Assembly: GCA_028534125.1 (NCBI GenBank)
Contig: CM052817.1
Location: forward strand, 69,256,001 to 69,320,000
Origin: Lama glama
Taxonomy: Eukaryota
DNA length: 64,000 bases
Reading direction: 5' to 3'
Shown: in pieces, positions 25,590 through 38,994 of the stretch
Position numbering within the stretch: the stretch's first letter is position 1
How the letters are laid out: each line of letters starts with the position of its first letter
Program-made: the position numbers and the translations under genes
Notes under the pieces: model-generated
Database searches by the model: none
What the model saw: only the letters and a program-made list of their open reading frames with translations
Told to the model about the DNA's origin: nothing

Positions 25590-26892
25590 ATACTATATGG
25601 GTGCACAAAACGCATATTCACTAAATTCTGATTATAGGAACTTAATAAATGTCTATTAAATCAAAATTTTTAATACGCTCTTGAAATTAATTTTATTTTC
25701 ACTTCTTTCTCTTTGCTCTCTGTTACTATGGGAAGTTTGTTAAAATTTTCCCACCCTGATAGTAGGTTTGTCAATAACTCCTTGTACTTCTGTCATATTC
25801 ATTGTATATTCGAAGGTTCTGTTATTAGGAATGCTCAAGTTATGAATATTTATGTCTTAATGAAGAAATAATTTTATCTTCTTTACCTCTAATAATGCTT
25901 TTTGTCTTAATGTCTGTTATTTCATTTACTCAGACCAAAAGCCATGCCCCAAATCTTGTCTCCTTTCTCTCACACCTCAGACCCAACTCATTAACAAATC
26001 CTGCCAATTGTACCTTCAAAATATACTCATTATATACCAAATTAACTTCTTACACCCTCCACTGCTACCAGCAAGTCCAAGTTACAAAATTTTTCCTTTA
26101 ATCTTTAATCATTTAATCCTATTATTGTATATCCTTTACCTTTTCATTCTAAGGAATTTGATGTCCTGAGGAGTCTATTTCTGTTCTTTGTCTTATCTGC
26201 TGTTCTGCAGTGAATGATATTCTTGCATTAACTATAGTTTTAGATTGTGACCTCATGTTCTGTTGGAATTTATCTCTAAAAGTACCATCTGGCCTGGTTG
26301 AGAGTGTATACAGCCAGGGAAGTTTGGGTTTTGCTTCGCCAAGTGCTTCAGAGGTATAAGTAAACTGGGCTGGCTCTTTATGTCAACTTCAAGATTGCAC
26401 AGGAAATTAAAATACCTGTCCCATTTGTAGAAGAGTCATAGTTAAGTACTATCAAGAGATATTTTGTTTTTCTCTCCAGAGCCTAAGATATGATGGTCAA
26501 GTTTCCTTGTTATCTATCCTTGCAGGGTTGAAGCTCTTCTTTCTGTATCACTCTCACCCAACTTAATACTAGAGTCTCAATTTGAATGCCCAGACCTGTA
26601 GGTAGTCCTTATCTGCATTCCCTGCATGGCTGTTGAAACCTCAACCCCTGGCTGGCAAAACCAGCAGCTTGTCTCCAGCCCTCATTCCTAAAAGCCACAA
26701 CCTACATTCCCACTTACCTCTCTTGCTACAGTTTTCACTTCACTTTGTAACCTACATTTAAATACAACATTTTATATCTTACCAAACAAGTCTAAGTGGA
26801 TGGTAGCTAAAGGATTTTTCTGAGAACTACTAGAGCAACTGGCTGTAAATAGATTTGCACTTGTTATTTTAAAACTCTTTAAAATTAAAAAC

Positions 26893-26894
<2 letters not shown>

Positions 26895-26948
<54 letters not shown>
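26895..26948. repeat. (CA)n microsatellite
   Basis: Direct reading. Confidence 0.97.
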
Positions 26949-26953
<5 letters not shown>

Positions 26954-27344
26954 TTGACTGTAGGAAATTCAAAAACATAAGCCAAAAGAATTGTTGATGT
27001 CTTCCAGCTAGTTCAGGTACCTAAAAAGCTATAGATACTCCCAGGTGCTTTCTCCCCATCTTGTCGTTGTGTATTGGCTTTTCACTCTTATGTGTATCAC
27101 CTCTTGGTTACAAAATGATTGCTGCATCTCCAGGCATTTCATGTATATTTTAGACAGCAAGAAGGGAAGAGCAAAAGGCGACCCCAGCTGCATCTGTCCT
27201 CTTTTTGAAGACAGAAATTTTTTCCCAGAACCCTCAGCAGCCGAGTTAACTTAATTCTCATTAGCCAAAACTGCTTCATGTGGCCCCTTTTAACATCAAG
27301 GAAGGCTGGGTAATGGGTATTTCGTGTTCCACTTTCCACTGTAT

Positions 27345-27525
27345 TTAGGTTCTCAAACTGTAGTGTGCATCAGAATCACCTCGAGCACTTATTAAAACAC
27401 TGATTGCTTGCTGGCCCCACCTACAGAGTTCTGATTAGGCAGGTTTGGGAGAGCCTGAGATTCTGCATTTCTAACAAGTCTTCAGAGAAAGCTACTGCTG
27501 CCGCTCCCAGAACCGCTCTTTGCTA
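27345..27525. mobile_element. MER5A (hAT-Charlie)
   Basis: ggttctcaaact...gcatcagaatcacct...ctgcatttctaacaag. Confidence 0.88.
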
Positions 27526-28380
27526 ATCCCTGCTGTACACTAAAGGAACACAAGTGTGAAGAGATTTTGAAGTGGTTTTTGAGTGAATGAATTTATAGTA
27601 CATGCACAAACACCTACTCTTTATTGTCAGATCAGAAAGTACATTTACTTGAAGACCTGAGGAATCATAAGGGGGAAAGTGTTGCCCAATGTACAAAGTC
27701 CTCATGACAGGCGAAAGCTTAGCATAGAGAACAGAATGCCAAATAGCCAATGGCAATAAAAAGAAGGAAATAAAAATTATCATTTGCAATTGATGGGATT
27801 TTGTACTTGAGAATAAAAACATTTTAAAACAGTAACGGAACTTGGAAATGTGGCAATTTACTATTGTATGTGAAAAAATGAAAAATATTTTTCTAGAAAA
27901 TAAAGCAAGAAATAAAATTTCAATAATAATAGCAAGAAAAATACTAAAATGACTAGAAAATTAGGGAAATGTTTATGGTAGATGAAGGTGGGTGATGATT
28001 ATATGAGCCTGTTATCCCATATTCTTTACTTCTTCGTGTTTGAAAAATTCCATAAGACAATATTTTGTTAGATGACTAGATATAATCATTAAAAATTGTG
28101 TAAAAATCATGTAAAGAAAAGTCTTAAAATATACTGAAGGATATAGAAGACTTCACTATTTTAAAATGCAGAACTCTTTTTGTGGTTAGGAAAAGAAAAA
28201 TTTTTCAAAAATACTAATTATGCCAAAATTAATTTAAAATTCAGTTTAATCCCAAACCAAATATCAACTTGAACTTTTATTGGAACATGGTAGAAAATAA
28301 ACCAAAAGTTTTAAAAAATAAATAAATATATAAGAACACACAGAAAGCTAGGACTGAAAGAAGAGTAATGAGGTTATTGA

Positions 28381-28672
28381 TAGAGTGACCATGCAGCTTG
28401 TCATCCAAACCAGGATATTTGATGGGAAAAGACATATTAAAAGTAATTAACAGAAGCACAGGTGATAGCTCAGTGGTAGAGTACATGCCTAGCATGCACA
28501 AGGTCCTGGGTTCAATCCTAGTATCTCCATTTAAATAAATAACCTAATTACCTCCCGCAAACTAAAAAATGAAATTAAAAAAATAAAAATAAAAGTAATT
28601 AACAGGTATTAACTGATCTACAACAGGTGTAAACTGGGACTGTTCTGGTTAACTGGGTAGTGTGATCACCCT
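28381..28672 (+). mobile_element. MER94-like hAT element interrupted by a SINE
   Basis: Ends tagagtgaccat / gtgatcaccct; internal tccaaaccagga and aaactgggactgt. Confidence 0.7.
28454..28589 (+). mobile_element. tRNA-derived SINE (camelid Vic-1-like)
   Basis: A-box tagctcagtggtag; B-box ggttcaatcc; A-rich tail; 16-bp TSD taaaagtaattaacag at 28438-28453 and 28590-28605. Confidence 0.9.
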
Positions 28673-28869
28673 CGTTATAAACCTACCAAATAACAAGAGG
28701 AAGTTTAACCTCAATCATGACAGACAAGTTAAAGGAGAAGTGAAAGAGCCAAATACATCTGAGATTTAGTATATAATCAAGGTAACAACACGACTCAATC
28801 CAATTATCATTGGATTATCCAGTACAGTGTTGAGACACACAGCTGCTAAACTTCGTTTCCCTTTTGCCC

Positions 28870-29522
28870 TACTGTTTTATCTTCTCCACAAAGCAACTAA
28901 GAGGATCCCTTGTAAATGAAAATGACTTATGTCCAGTGGTACATTATCCTCCAGTGGCCTCCCATCTTACTCAGATGAATCAACAATGCATTTATAATAT
29001 CCTGCCAAGTTCTACCTAATCTACTTACCCTCTCCAACTATCTCATTGACCACAATGTTACCATCCCTCTGCTCCCTTTCTAATCTTTCCAGCACACCAA
29101 GGAACAACCATCTTTGGGCCTTTGCTCAGGCTGTTTCACCTAACTGGAATGTTCTTCCTCCAGACACCCACATGGTTTACTCTGTTCAGCCAAGCTTTCA
29201 CTTAAATATTACCTATCAAGGAATCTTTTTCTAAAAGTCATACATAAAACAGAAGCTCTCCCCAATTCAATAATGTATTTCCATTGTACTAAGTTTCCCA
29301 TACCCTGCTTTTTTCTTCTCCATACTTACTTACCACCACATGATACATCAAATGTGTTTATATTGTATTAATTTTCTCTCCTCATTATTCTTTAGAATAT
29401 AAACTTCATCAACGCAGAATCAACTTACTGCTGTATCCCCAGCACTTAGAACAGGGCCTGGAATGTAGCTGGTATGCAATAAACATTTGTTGAATAAGTG
29501 AATGAATAAATAGATGAATGAA
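28870..29522 (+). mobile_element. L2a 3' end
   Basis: ctgtatccccagcacttagaacagggcctgg...aataaacatttgttgaataagtgaatgaa. Confidence 0.88.
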
Positions 29523-30261
29523 TATAAAAAGAATGCTAAGAAATAAATTTAAAAGGAACAATATAAATGGGAAAATGATTAAGGTCCACGAATAGGCAAA
29601 CAAAAATAAATACAAATGACTGTTAATATTTGTAAAACTGACTGAACCTAAATCATAGGCAAATATTAAAACACTTAATGAAACAGTTTTGGTAATGGGT
29701 AGAAAATTAAGTACCCACCACCATACCGAGTTGGCAGAAATGAGAGTTGGTAATCTCCTTGAAAGGAAATTTGGCAAATTTACTAAAATAAAATGTGCCT
29801 ATCATTCTACTTCTACTGAAGATGGAGTAACTGGTACTAGACTGGCCGTCTCAGAGAAACAGAAACTGTACAAAATCCATCTGAAACAAGTGTTTTCAGA
29901 TGCTGGACAGGACTGTAAATCTTGAAAAAAAGAAACAAAGAACGTGATCAGCAAGAACCCCTCAGCTTTGAGCCTGGAGGTACCTTCCTGGATCTTGGTG
30001 CAAGAAGAACATGGTGATATTTTGAGTGAAAGGGAGAGATCAGAATGTGAGGGAGGCTGAGGTGGCTGGAATTTGTGAGACAGAACACTGGAAAAGAATA
30101 GCTATCTAGAAAAAGAGATTCAGAAATCTGGCTATGGATCTCTTTGAGTGTTTGGCAGCATGTAAAGCTGTTTATGAAGAGAATGAAACTTCAAAAAAGC
30201 CAGGCACAATTCAGGATACATAGGGTTGAGAGATACTAAACTTGGATGAGCCTGAGTGGGG

Positions 30262-31755
30262 ACTATACTACACAGCTACATTAACCAAAACAGTATGATA
30301 CTGGCACAAAAACAGACACATAGAATGATGTAACGGAATACAGGACCCAGAAATAAACCCACTCACTTATGGTCAACTGATCTTCAATAAAGGAGGTAAG
30401 AATATACAATGCAGAGAAGACAGTCTCTTCAATAAATGATGTTGGCGTAACTGGACAGCTACATGTAAAAGAATGAGATAGAACATTTTCTTACACCATT
30501 TACAAAGATAAACTCAAAATCAATTAAAGATCTAAATGTTAAGACTGGAAACTACAAAATTCCTAGAAGAAAACACAGGCAGAACACTCTTTGATATAAG
30601 TCATAGCAATAATTTTTTGGACCTGTCTCCTAATGCAAAGGAAACAAAAGCAAAAATTTTTAAAAGGGACCTAATTAAACTTAACAGCTTTTTTGCACAG
30701 CAAGGGGAACCACTGACAAAACGAAAAGACAACCCACTAAATAGGAGAAAATATTTGCAAATGATATGACCAATAAGGAGTTACTGTCCAAAATATACAA
30801 GCAATTCATGCAAACTCAACACCAAAAAAAAAAGACAACCTGACTGAAATATGGGCAGAAGATATGAATAAATATTTTTCTAAAGATGACATACAGATGA
30901 CCAACAGGCACATGAAAAGATGTTCAACATTGCTAATCGTCAGAGAAAAGCAAATCAAAACCACAATGAGGTATCACCTGTCAGAATGGCTATCATCAAA
31001 AAGAACACAAATAACAAATGCTGGTGAGGCTGTGGAGAAAAGGGAATCCTTGTACACGGTTGGTGGAAATATAAATTGGTGCAGCCACTGTGGAAAACAG
31101 TATGGAGGTTCCTCCAGGAACTAAAAATAGAACTACCATATAATTCAGCAATTCCACTTAAAGTATATACTCGAAGAAAACAAAAACACTCATTTGAAAA
31201 GATATATGCACCCCAATATTCGTAGCAGCATTATATACAATAGCCAGTATATGGAAGCAACCTAAACAGATAAAGAAGATGTGGTACATACATGCAATGG
31301 AATATTACTCAGTCTTAAAAAGAATGAAATTTTGCCGTTTGCAACAACATGGGTGGACTTGGTGGGTATTACGCTTGGTGAAATAAGTCAGACGGAGAAA
31401 GACAAATATTCCATGTTATCACTTGTATATGGAATCTAAAACAAACAAACAAAAAAACTAATATTCACTAATATAACAAAAAAGAAACAGACTCACAGAT
31501 ATAGAGAACAAACTAGTGGTTACCAGTGGGGAGAGGGAAGAGTGGAGGGGAAAGATAGGGATACGGGATTAAGAGGTATGAACTACTATACACAAAATAA
31601 ATAAGATACAAGAATATATTGTATAGCACAGGAAATACAGCCAATATTTTATATTAACTCTAAATGCAGTATAATCTTTAAAAGTTTTGAATCTGAAACA
31701 AATACAATATTGTAAATCAACTATACATCAGTTGAAAAATAAATTTTAAAAAAGA
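30262..31755 (+). mobile_element. 5'-truncated L1 (decayed ORF2 3' part, 3'UTR, polyA)
   Basis: ORF2 remnants ([31 protein letters not shown]), followed by L1 3'UTR. Confidence 0.95.
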
Positions 31756-31759
31756 AAAT

Positions 31760-32640
31760 GTGGTACATATAAAAAAGTGTTAAAATATTGGATATTTCCA
31801 TGGAAAAGAAGTGAAGCTCTATGCTTATCTGATAACATACACTGAAATTAACTTGAAATGATCTTAAAGCTAAAACTATAGAACTTCTAGAAGAAATCGT
31901 AAGAGAAAACTTCACAGAGGCAGAGTTTTCTCTGTAAAAAACTAATTTCTCAGACTATTAGGAAGAAAATGCTGATAAATTGATCTGCACCAAAATGAAC
32001 AGTTTCTGCTTTTGAAAGCTGGAGGAAATATAAAATGGTGCAATCATGTTGGACAATTGCTTATCAGTTTTGTATAAAATGAAAGATATGCCTCCCATAT
32101 TACCCAGAGATTCCACTCCTAGGTATTTACCCAAAACAAATAATATTATTTGCATCCTAATGTATAGAGAAGCTCTGTTGATAACACTTAGAAACCAGAA
32201 GCACTGAAATGTCCATCCGAGGTAAATACATAAACACATTCATATATAGATACACTCAGTAATAAAAGAACAAACTATTGGCACATGCAGCAACAGGAAT
32301 GATTCCCCCAAAATGAATGCCTGGTATCAAAAAATACACCAAACACAGGAGACCACTTCCTGCATGATTCCATTTACACAAATTTTTCAACCTGGCAAAA
32401 CTGACTCAGGATAATAGAAATCAGATCAGTGGTTGCACGGGGCCAAGACTGGGGAAGGCACTGACTGTCAAGGAATACAAGGGAACTTTGTAGTTTGATG
32501 GAAGTGTTTCATACCTTAATTGTGTTGGTTACAAGGGTGTAAACATTTGTTAAAACATCAAATTGTGCATTTTAAATGGATGCATACAGTTTATTGTATG
32601 TGAATTATACCTCAGTAGAGTTGATTTAAAAAGGAAAACA
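31760..32640 (+). mobile_element. Old L1M (L1ME-like) 3' portion
   Basis: ccactcctaggtatttacccaa...ttattgtatgtgaattatacctcag. Confidence 0.8.
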
Positions 32641-33369
32641 GAAAAAGATTTGACTTAATGATCTGACAAATTCATAGTACAATATGTATAATATAATCCA
32701 CATTATTTTTATTAAAAGGAAAAATATCCGTATCTGTGTGTATGTATGCATGCCCCTCCTTTACAAAACAATCTGGCAGAGATTTAAAAGGGAATGAAAT
32801 ATTTTTCTCCACATAATTTTTCATCAAATATAAGTTCATGCATCGTTTATATAATTAAAACAATAAAACAAGCATTTTACAACCCCTACTAAAAGATGAA
32901 AGATTTAGGAAAATAGGAGAATTTAGAAATCTGGTCACAAACAGTCCTATTCCAATTCCTCCACCTCAGTACAAAAAAGTATACATGCCTCCTGTTCCAA
33001 AAATTCTGTTTACAGGATTTTTTATAGATACATTTGAAGAAAGTTTGCAAAGACATATGTAAGACAATGTTAACTTTTTGCAGTGAAAACTAGGGTAAAT
33101 TTAAATTCCACTGTTGGGGAATGTGTAAAATAACATATGACTCATCTATACATAGAGCTGTAAAAAAAAAGAGAGGAAGAAAGGGGGAGACTGCTGACAG
33201 GAAAGATTTGAAAGATAAAATTGGCAAATGTGTATCATGTTAATGAGATTCAGAGAAAAATACTGAAAATCGTAATACCAACATTGGATTTATTTTAAAA
33301 CTATTTTAACAAGTTGTATCCTACAGGGCAACACAAGTTATTACAAAATAGGACGGGCTCCACCACACT

Positions 33370-34015
33370 AAAGTAAAATTAGTTATCATCATGTGAGAGT
33401 TTATAAGTAGGGTAACGAAAAAATAAGAAATAATTTCTTCTCTTCTGCAAGCCACGATTCTTTCTGAAGAAAAATCGACAGCATCGGGAAAGATGTATAA
33501 GATTAGCTAAGTAGTGAACTCCAGTCAAGCACATTTTGATTACAATAGATGCAATCATCCAGTCTGATAATGAGGCTTTATTGCTCATGATATAATGTTC
33601 ATAAGGAAAGCAAAAGTATTAGTGGATATGTTATGTTTAAAATTACACAGAGTGTATACAAAGGGGTCATTTATGTTTGAAAGCCTTAAAAATTAATTCC
33701 TGGAAAAAAGTCCATTTCCCAGTGGCATACATCACGCAATAGATGGAGCCCAGGCTATGGCTGACAGGTAATTTATGTACACGATCAACTTTTTAAAAAA
33801 GTAGCAACAGATGTTTTAGTGATTCACTGAATTATGCACAGCAACAATTGGTCTCCAAGAATCATTGTAAGAGAGTCCACAAAATAATGAATGTTAGTAT
33901 CAGTGCTACTAATGAAATTAAGAATAATTCCATGAATAACAGAATATTTTATAAGCTATGTAGATACTAAAGAACAAATTTAAATATTACATTCTGTAAA
34001 TGGAATTAAGGGGTT
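33370..34015 (-). pseudogene. Candidate fossil exon (NPLIPFTE...SLIIRLDDC...LAEEKKLFLIFSLPYL)
   Basis: Acceptor atctcttttgtag|a; Walker B-like hhhhDD; many stops. Confidence 0.35.
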
Positions 34016-34769
34016 CTACAAAAGAGATTTTTAAGATAATACTTGCAATGAACTTACATTATTGTCATTTTCACTCAGTTTATTAAAATTGTGTAATAAA
34101 ATTTACAATATTATGAAATAATGTGACATATCTTTAAGATATATTGAAATATTAAATGACATCCTTAAACTGCAGGGAAAATGAGATCAAGTTCATTAAT
34201 ATGGAGACAATTATCATCGGCCTTCTCACAAATATATATCATAAATAAATAATACTCTCTGAGAATTTACATTTTCTATGTGTTATGCACATACAAAAAT
34301 AGAAATACACTAAGCATTCAATATGAATTTACACTGCAGTATCAGATTAGAGAATTAGCGTTTTTCAAAAGGATGTGGAACATATTAGCACTGTTTGTGG
34401 GAGAACACAATGAGCTAAAAAAATGACTTTGGCCAAGAGTGAATTAATCAACTCATTTACGTAAGTTTTAGAATATGGTTTATTCCTCTAATCTTGTATC
34501 TTTGGAAAGAAGCTAAATGGATCATGATAATATTTAGTTGTCCAGTGGCACAATTTTTGGCAAGCTACTCAACATTCCTATGGGTTAATCTTTTCATCTG
34601 AAAAATGGAAATTGTAAAACTACATATGTTAGAAGTTTGTTTTGAAGATTAAATACTTCAATATATGCTAAGCACTTGGAACTGTTTCAAGCACACAATG
34701 AACAGCCGGCAAATATAATCTCTAATTACAAATATAAACATTTTAAATAACAGAATTATAAAGGAGCAT

Positions 34770-35112
34770 TAAGGACAACTGTCACTGACTCATGCCATCA
34801 CTTTCTGGGAGGTTTTAACTGGAATGCTGATTCTATCTACTGTTATCTCTGCCACACCAATCCATCAGCTCAGCTAAGAATGACAACCAGCCCAAGAATT
34901 CTGTGAAATCCTCAAAGGAGTATCTTCCATCCCTCTTTCTAAAACTGCGTTTTTTCAGTCACGTGACTGAAACCACATGTTTCCGTGATTTTTTTTTAAC
35001 CCTGACAGCCAGTTCATCTTCCACACTAGTGCTCTGTATCCTGAGTTTACTCTCTCCTAACTTCATGTTTCTCAATCCCATATGGCTTAATTTGTTCTCA
35101 TTACTCCCTTTC
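34770..35112 (-). pseudogene. Candidate fossil exon (KGSNENKLSHMGLRNMKLGESKLRIQ...VSVT*LKKRSFRKRDGRYSFEDFTEFLGWLSFLAELMDWCG)
   Basis: Very strong acceptor ttttgtgcctgtatttgttttcttatag|g; one stop in about 90 codons; donor not identified. Confidence 0.45.
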
Positions 35113-35699
35113 CTATAAGAAAACAAATACAGGCACAAAATTTATAATCAGCAAGGTTAATTTTGTGTGTTGGTGGTGCGGCATCTGCTTTAGTGGAAAT
35201 TTCCATTAAATACAAAGCCTCTCATTCCTAGTACTTCTTAGGCATGGTTAACTGCCCACTCACAGAGCACCTGAGTTCTGCCAGTCCACAAGGAGCAGTA
35301 AAAGGTGACATTTCAGCAGACAGACTAGGGAGTATTTGCTTTCAGCTCTTAGACGTGATATTTGGTTTGAATCCTGGACATTTTAACATGGGATTCTTTG
35401 TTATGAGGTAAGTTTTAAACTCAGTTTGGACCAACACAAATATTACAAGCAGGTTTCTTCCAGGTATATTTTAAAAGATAACATTCAGTGGGAAATAGAG
35501 AATAAGCAGCAGAAAGGAATAATAAGTAACATAGAATTCTAATGTTGACCAAGTCCATTACTCACTAGGCAACCTGCAAAAAGTCTCTAAAATGCTTCTA
35601 GTTTTATTTTTTATTTTTTTAACTGTCTGTAATACATAGGTACTACTTCTGTAATTTCACGTAAACTCACAGTACTTGTTGTTATTCATGTAATTGTTT

Positions 35700-38030
35700 T
35701 AGTTAATATCATTTATCTTAGATTTATGCTCTAGATAGCTACTCACTGAGATACTCAGCAATCTTATCTACCTTAAAGACTTCAATTACCATGAATATAG
35801 CTGAGGGTTCTCAAGGCAATAGTTTAGTCTAAATTACTTTCCTGATGTCCAGACCTATATATCCAGCAATCTCTTGGACATCTCCACTTTTATGTCTTAC
35901 GGACAATAAATACTCAACATGCACAAAAGCGAATTCATCAATGTGGAACCAGCTTAACAAAGAATCCCATGTTAAAATGTCCTGAATTCAAACGAAATAT
36001 CAACTGCAGCAGAATTCGCATCTAAAATCTGAGAGCAAATTGAAAGCTAGCCAAATATGGGACAATTTGTGCACTAAAATAATTAAAGGTTGTAATGAAT
36101 TATAAACCATTGAAAAACAGGAGTCCACATGCGCTTAGGTATAATAAGTAGATAAATAAATCAAATGCATAGGGGAAAAAGAAAGGTTCTTAGAGTACAA
36201 TGCTAATTGATAAATGTGGAGAGAGTCCTGGAGTTGGAAAATCATTTTGTAACCAACGTAGTAAAGATTGGCTCATGCAAGAATCATCTATGGATGATAA
36301 ATCATCGGGGTTGGGAGTAAGAGATTTTAATGAAGAGCATATGTTTATTTGTATGTGCTGGAATGTCTCTTCATAAAGTGCTTATAAGATACAAGGCAGA
36401 AAGAGGAACTATCCTCTAGAAAGACAAGGTGCCTTAACAAAGTGATCAAAATTAACATCATCCATGAGAGGCAGATGCACATCATGTATCTCTGAACGTA
36501 ACACCCTGAGATGGGCACAGCATCACGTCTGTAATGTCATGATCTGGAAAGCACAACCTGAACTGAATCAAGATAAAACATCACACAAGTTCAAATGGAA
36601 AATATTCTATTATAAAAAGGAGGAGGCTATCTTAAAAAAAAAAAAGAAAAAAGGAAGACTGTGAAACAATTGAGGAACCATTTCAGATGAGGGGAGACTA
36701 AAGAGACATACAATGAAATGCAGTATGTGATCCTGGAATGGATCCAGTTCTAGAGGGAAAAAACGTCATAAAAGACATAATTGGATCAATTGACAAAATT
36801 GGAATGTAGATGGTACATTAAAATGTTGCATCAATGTAAAATTCCTAAAATGGCAGTGTGGTTATGTAAAAGAATGTCCTTGTTCTTAAAAAAAAAATAT
36901 ATATATATATATATACACTGAAATATTTAGAGATAAAAATGTATGATGTGAACAACTTACTCTTAATGGTTCAGGGATAACTATATCTATTTATAACTAG
37001 ATTTATTATCCATCTATCCATCTATCTATGTACATCCATATACAGAGAGAATAAAATGTCTAAGAGGTAATTTGTATCATTTTTGTACCTTTTCATTAAG
37101 CATGAAATTACTTCCAAATAAAAAGTGCTTTTTAAGTTTTTTTTAAACCAAAAATCTTGACTTATTCCTCATCTCCAAAACTTTCTTTCCTCCATACATA
37201 AGTGAATTACATCACCAGATACTGGTTGCCCACAGAGAAACTGTGGTGTTATCTTTAAATCATCCTTCTCTTTCATGTCTCTGTTTTAATCAACCACAAG
37301 TCATAGTGATTCTACTTCATAACTATTTCTTGACTTTGTGCATTTCTTCCCCTCTCCCTCCCTTTACAAAGATGAAAGCAAACTGTTCCCATCTCAAGTA
37401 AGATAATTCTTGAGGATGACCATTTCAGTTGGACTACTGCAATTTAATAATGATCCTAATCCCTGACTCCAGTTTTGACTCCCGTAATTCCTCTCCACAC
37501 TGCAAGCAGCAGTCTAAAGTGAAGATCTAAAGTGCAATTCTGATGGCCTTGCAGTGTTTTAAATTGTTCCCATTGCCCTTAGGATAAAGTCCTCCTTTTT
37601 TATCATGTAAACCATGTGACTCGACACTTCCCCTGCAGTTGCAGCCCATCCTTCTCATGTCCAGATTCACCACAATGAATATCAATTTCTAGAAAAAAAA
37701 GGTATCATCTTCGTGTCTTTGTCCATGCAGTTTCCTCTGGAACAATCTGTTTCCCTCTTTTCCTTGACATTTCCCACTCATTCTTCCAGCCTCAGTATAA
37801 ACATCACTTCCTGCAGGATCTCTTTCCATCCCACCCCTAAAAATTGGGGTGTCTCTGCCATATCTTGTCCTTCCTTCCTGTATTTACCCTTTCCTAACAT
37901 TTCACACTTATCATTACAATTCCTTGCTCAATTGTATGTTGTCCTATTTTCTTAATCATCATTGCATTCCCAAGTCACATTTAGAGCTTGACACTACAGA
38001 GACTAGTTGCTGCAATAAATGAATGACAAT
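35700..38030 (+). mobile_element. L2 (35700-35942 and 37150-38030) split by an old L1MC-like 3' end (~36030-37140)
   Basis: L2 motif actcaacatgcacaaaagcgaattcatca continues after the L1 block; L1 3'UTR motifs gcagtatgtgatcctggaatggatc. Confidence 0.75.
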
Positions 38031-38319
38031 GAAAATATATTAGGTTCATTTTTTTAATAAAATGGTTAACAAATCAAGGTCTTTGTCCTTATAAAAACTA
38101 TTCACTAGAGAATTAATTGGACAGTATGTGCAATGTATACTGAGATACAAGAAGAAAAATTAATGAATAACTTACATAAAATATGGAGTGGGTTTTTTGT
38201 TTTTATATTAATTGTATTGGCTATTCTATGTCTAAGGCTATGCTTTGCATGGAAAAAAACAAATATGTAAGTATTATATTCTCTTCAAGAGTTATTATTC
38301 TGGGGTTTTTATTGGAAGC

Positions 38320-38515
38320 AGGCGAGCTGGTGGTAGTACTGTAGATGGTGGTGATCCGGGCAGTAGTGCTGAGAGTGCTCCTGATGTAATGATGGTGATG
38401 GTAGTGGTGGTGGTGTGGAAGCAATGGTGGTTGTGAGGATGGGGTTGCTGGTAAAGAAGGACACTGAATGATGATGACCATGATGAAACCAATGGTGATA
38501 ATGATGGTGACAAGG
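38320..38515. repeat. Low-complexity (GGT/GAT)n degenerate triplet repeat
   Basis: Direct reading; source of the His/Thr-rich chance ORFs. Confidence 0.9.
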
Positions 38516-38745
38516 AAAGACTAAGGCTGGCTTGGAAGTCAGTTAAGATGCAATCCTGATTTAGCCACAGAATATCATCTTGGAGAAGTTATTTAAATTT
38601 TCTGATTATTTGTAAAATAGGGGCAATACTCATCACTATAAAGTTGAAGTGAAAATTAAATGAACTTATTTTAATACTTAATTTTTTTGGCACATAGTAG
38701 CTATTTAAGAAATGACTTTTTTTGTTATTTATTCTTATTTATTAC

Positions 38746-38910
38746 TGTCCTCTTTATCCTTATCTTCAGACTTCATCAAACCCCAAGAATCTCTGAGAGT
38801 TTAAATTATTTGCTCAGTTTAAATCTTTCTTGAGCCAAATACTCCATAGTCCTTTTCAATATAACAATCATAGTTTTCAGGAGACATCACTTCTGTGCAT
38901 ATCCTGTGTC
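38746..38910 (-). pseudogene. Candidate fossil exon (...MEYLAQERFKLSK*FKLSEILGV)
   Basis: Strong acceptor ttcccactgcttcttttag|g; donor aca|gtaata. Confidence 0.4.
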
Positions 38911-38994
38911 CTAAAAGAAGCAGTGGGAAGTCTCTTATTTTTATTCATTTTTGAAGACTTAGAATTAGTTTCCCTTCACCCTTTGCAGGATTAT

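Noticed and set aside
27523..27822. 99-aa minus-strand ORF as another fossil exon
   Set aside because: No convincing splice-site pair or motif; left uncalled.
28460..28530. tRNA gene
   Set aside because: A and B boxes are present, but an A-rich tail and a 16-bp TSD show it is a SINE.
38221..38513. His/Thr/Pro-rich ORFs as a low-complexity protein
   Set aside because: Produced by a degenerate GGT/GAT triplet repeat; no splice or start context supports them.
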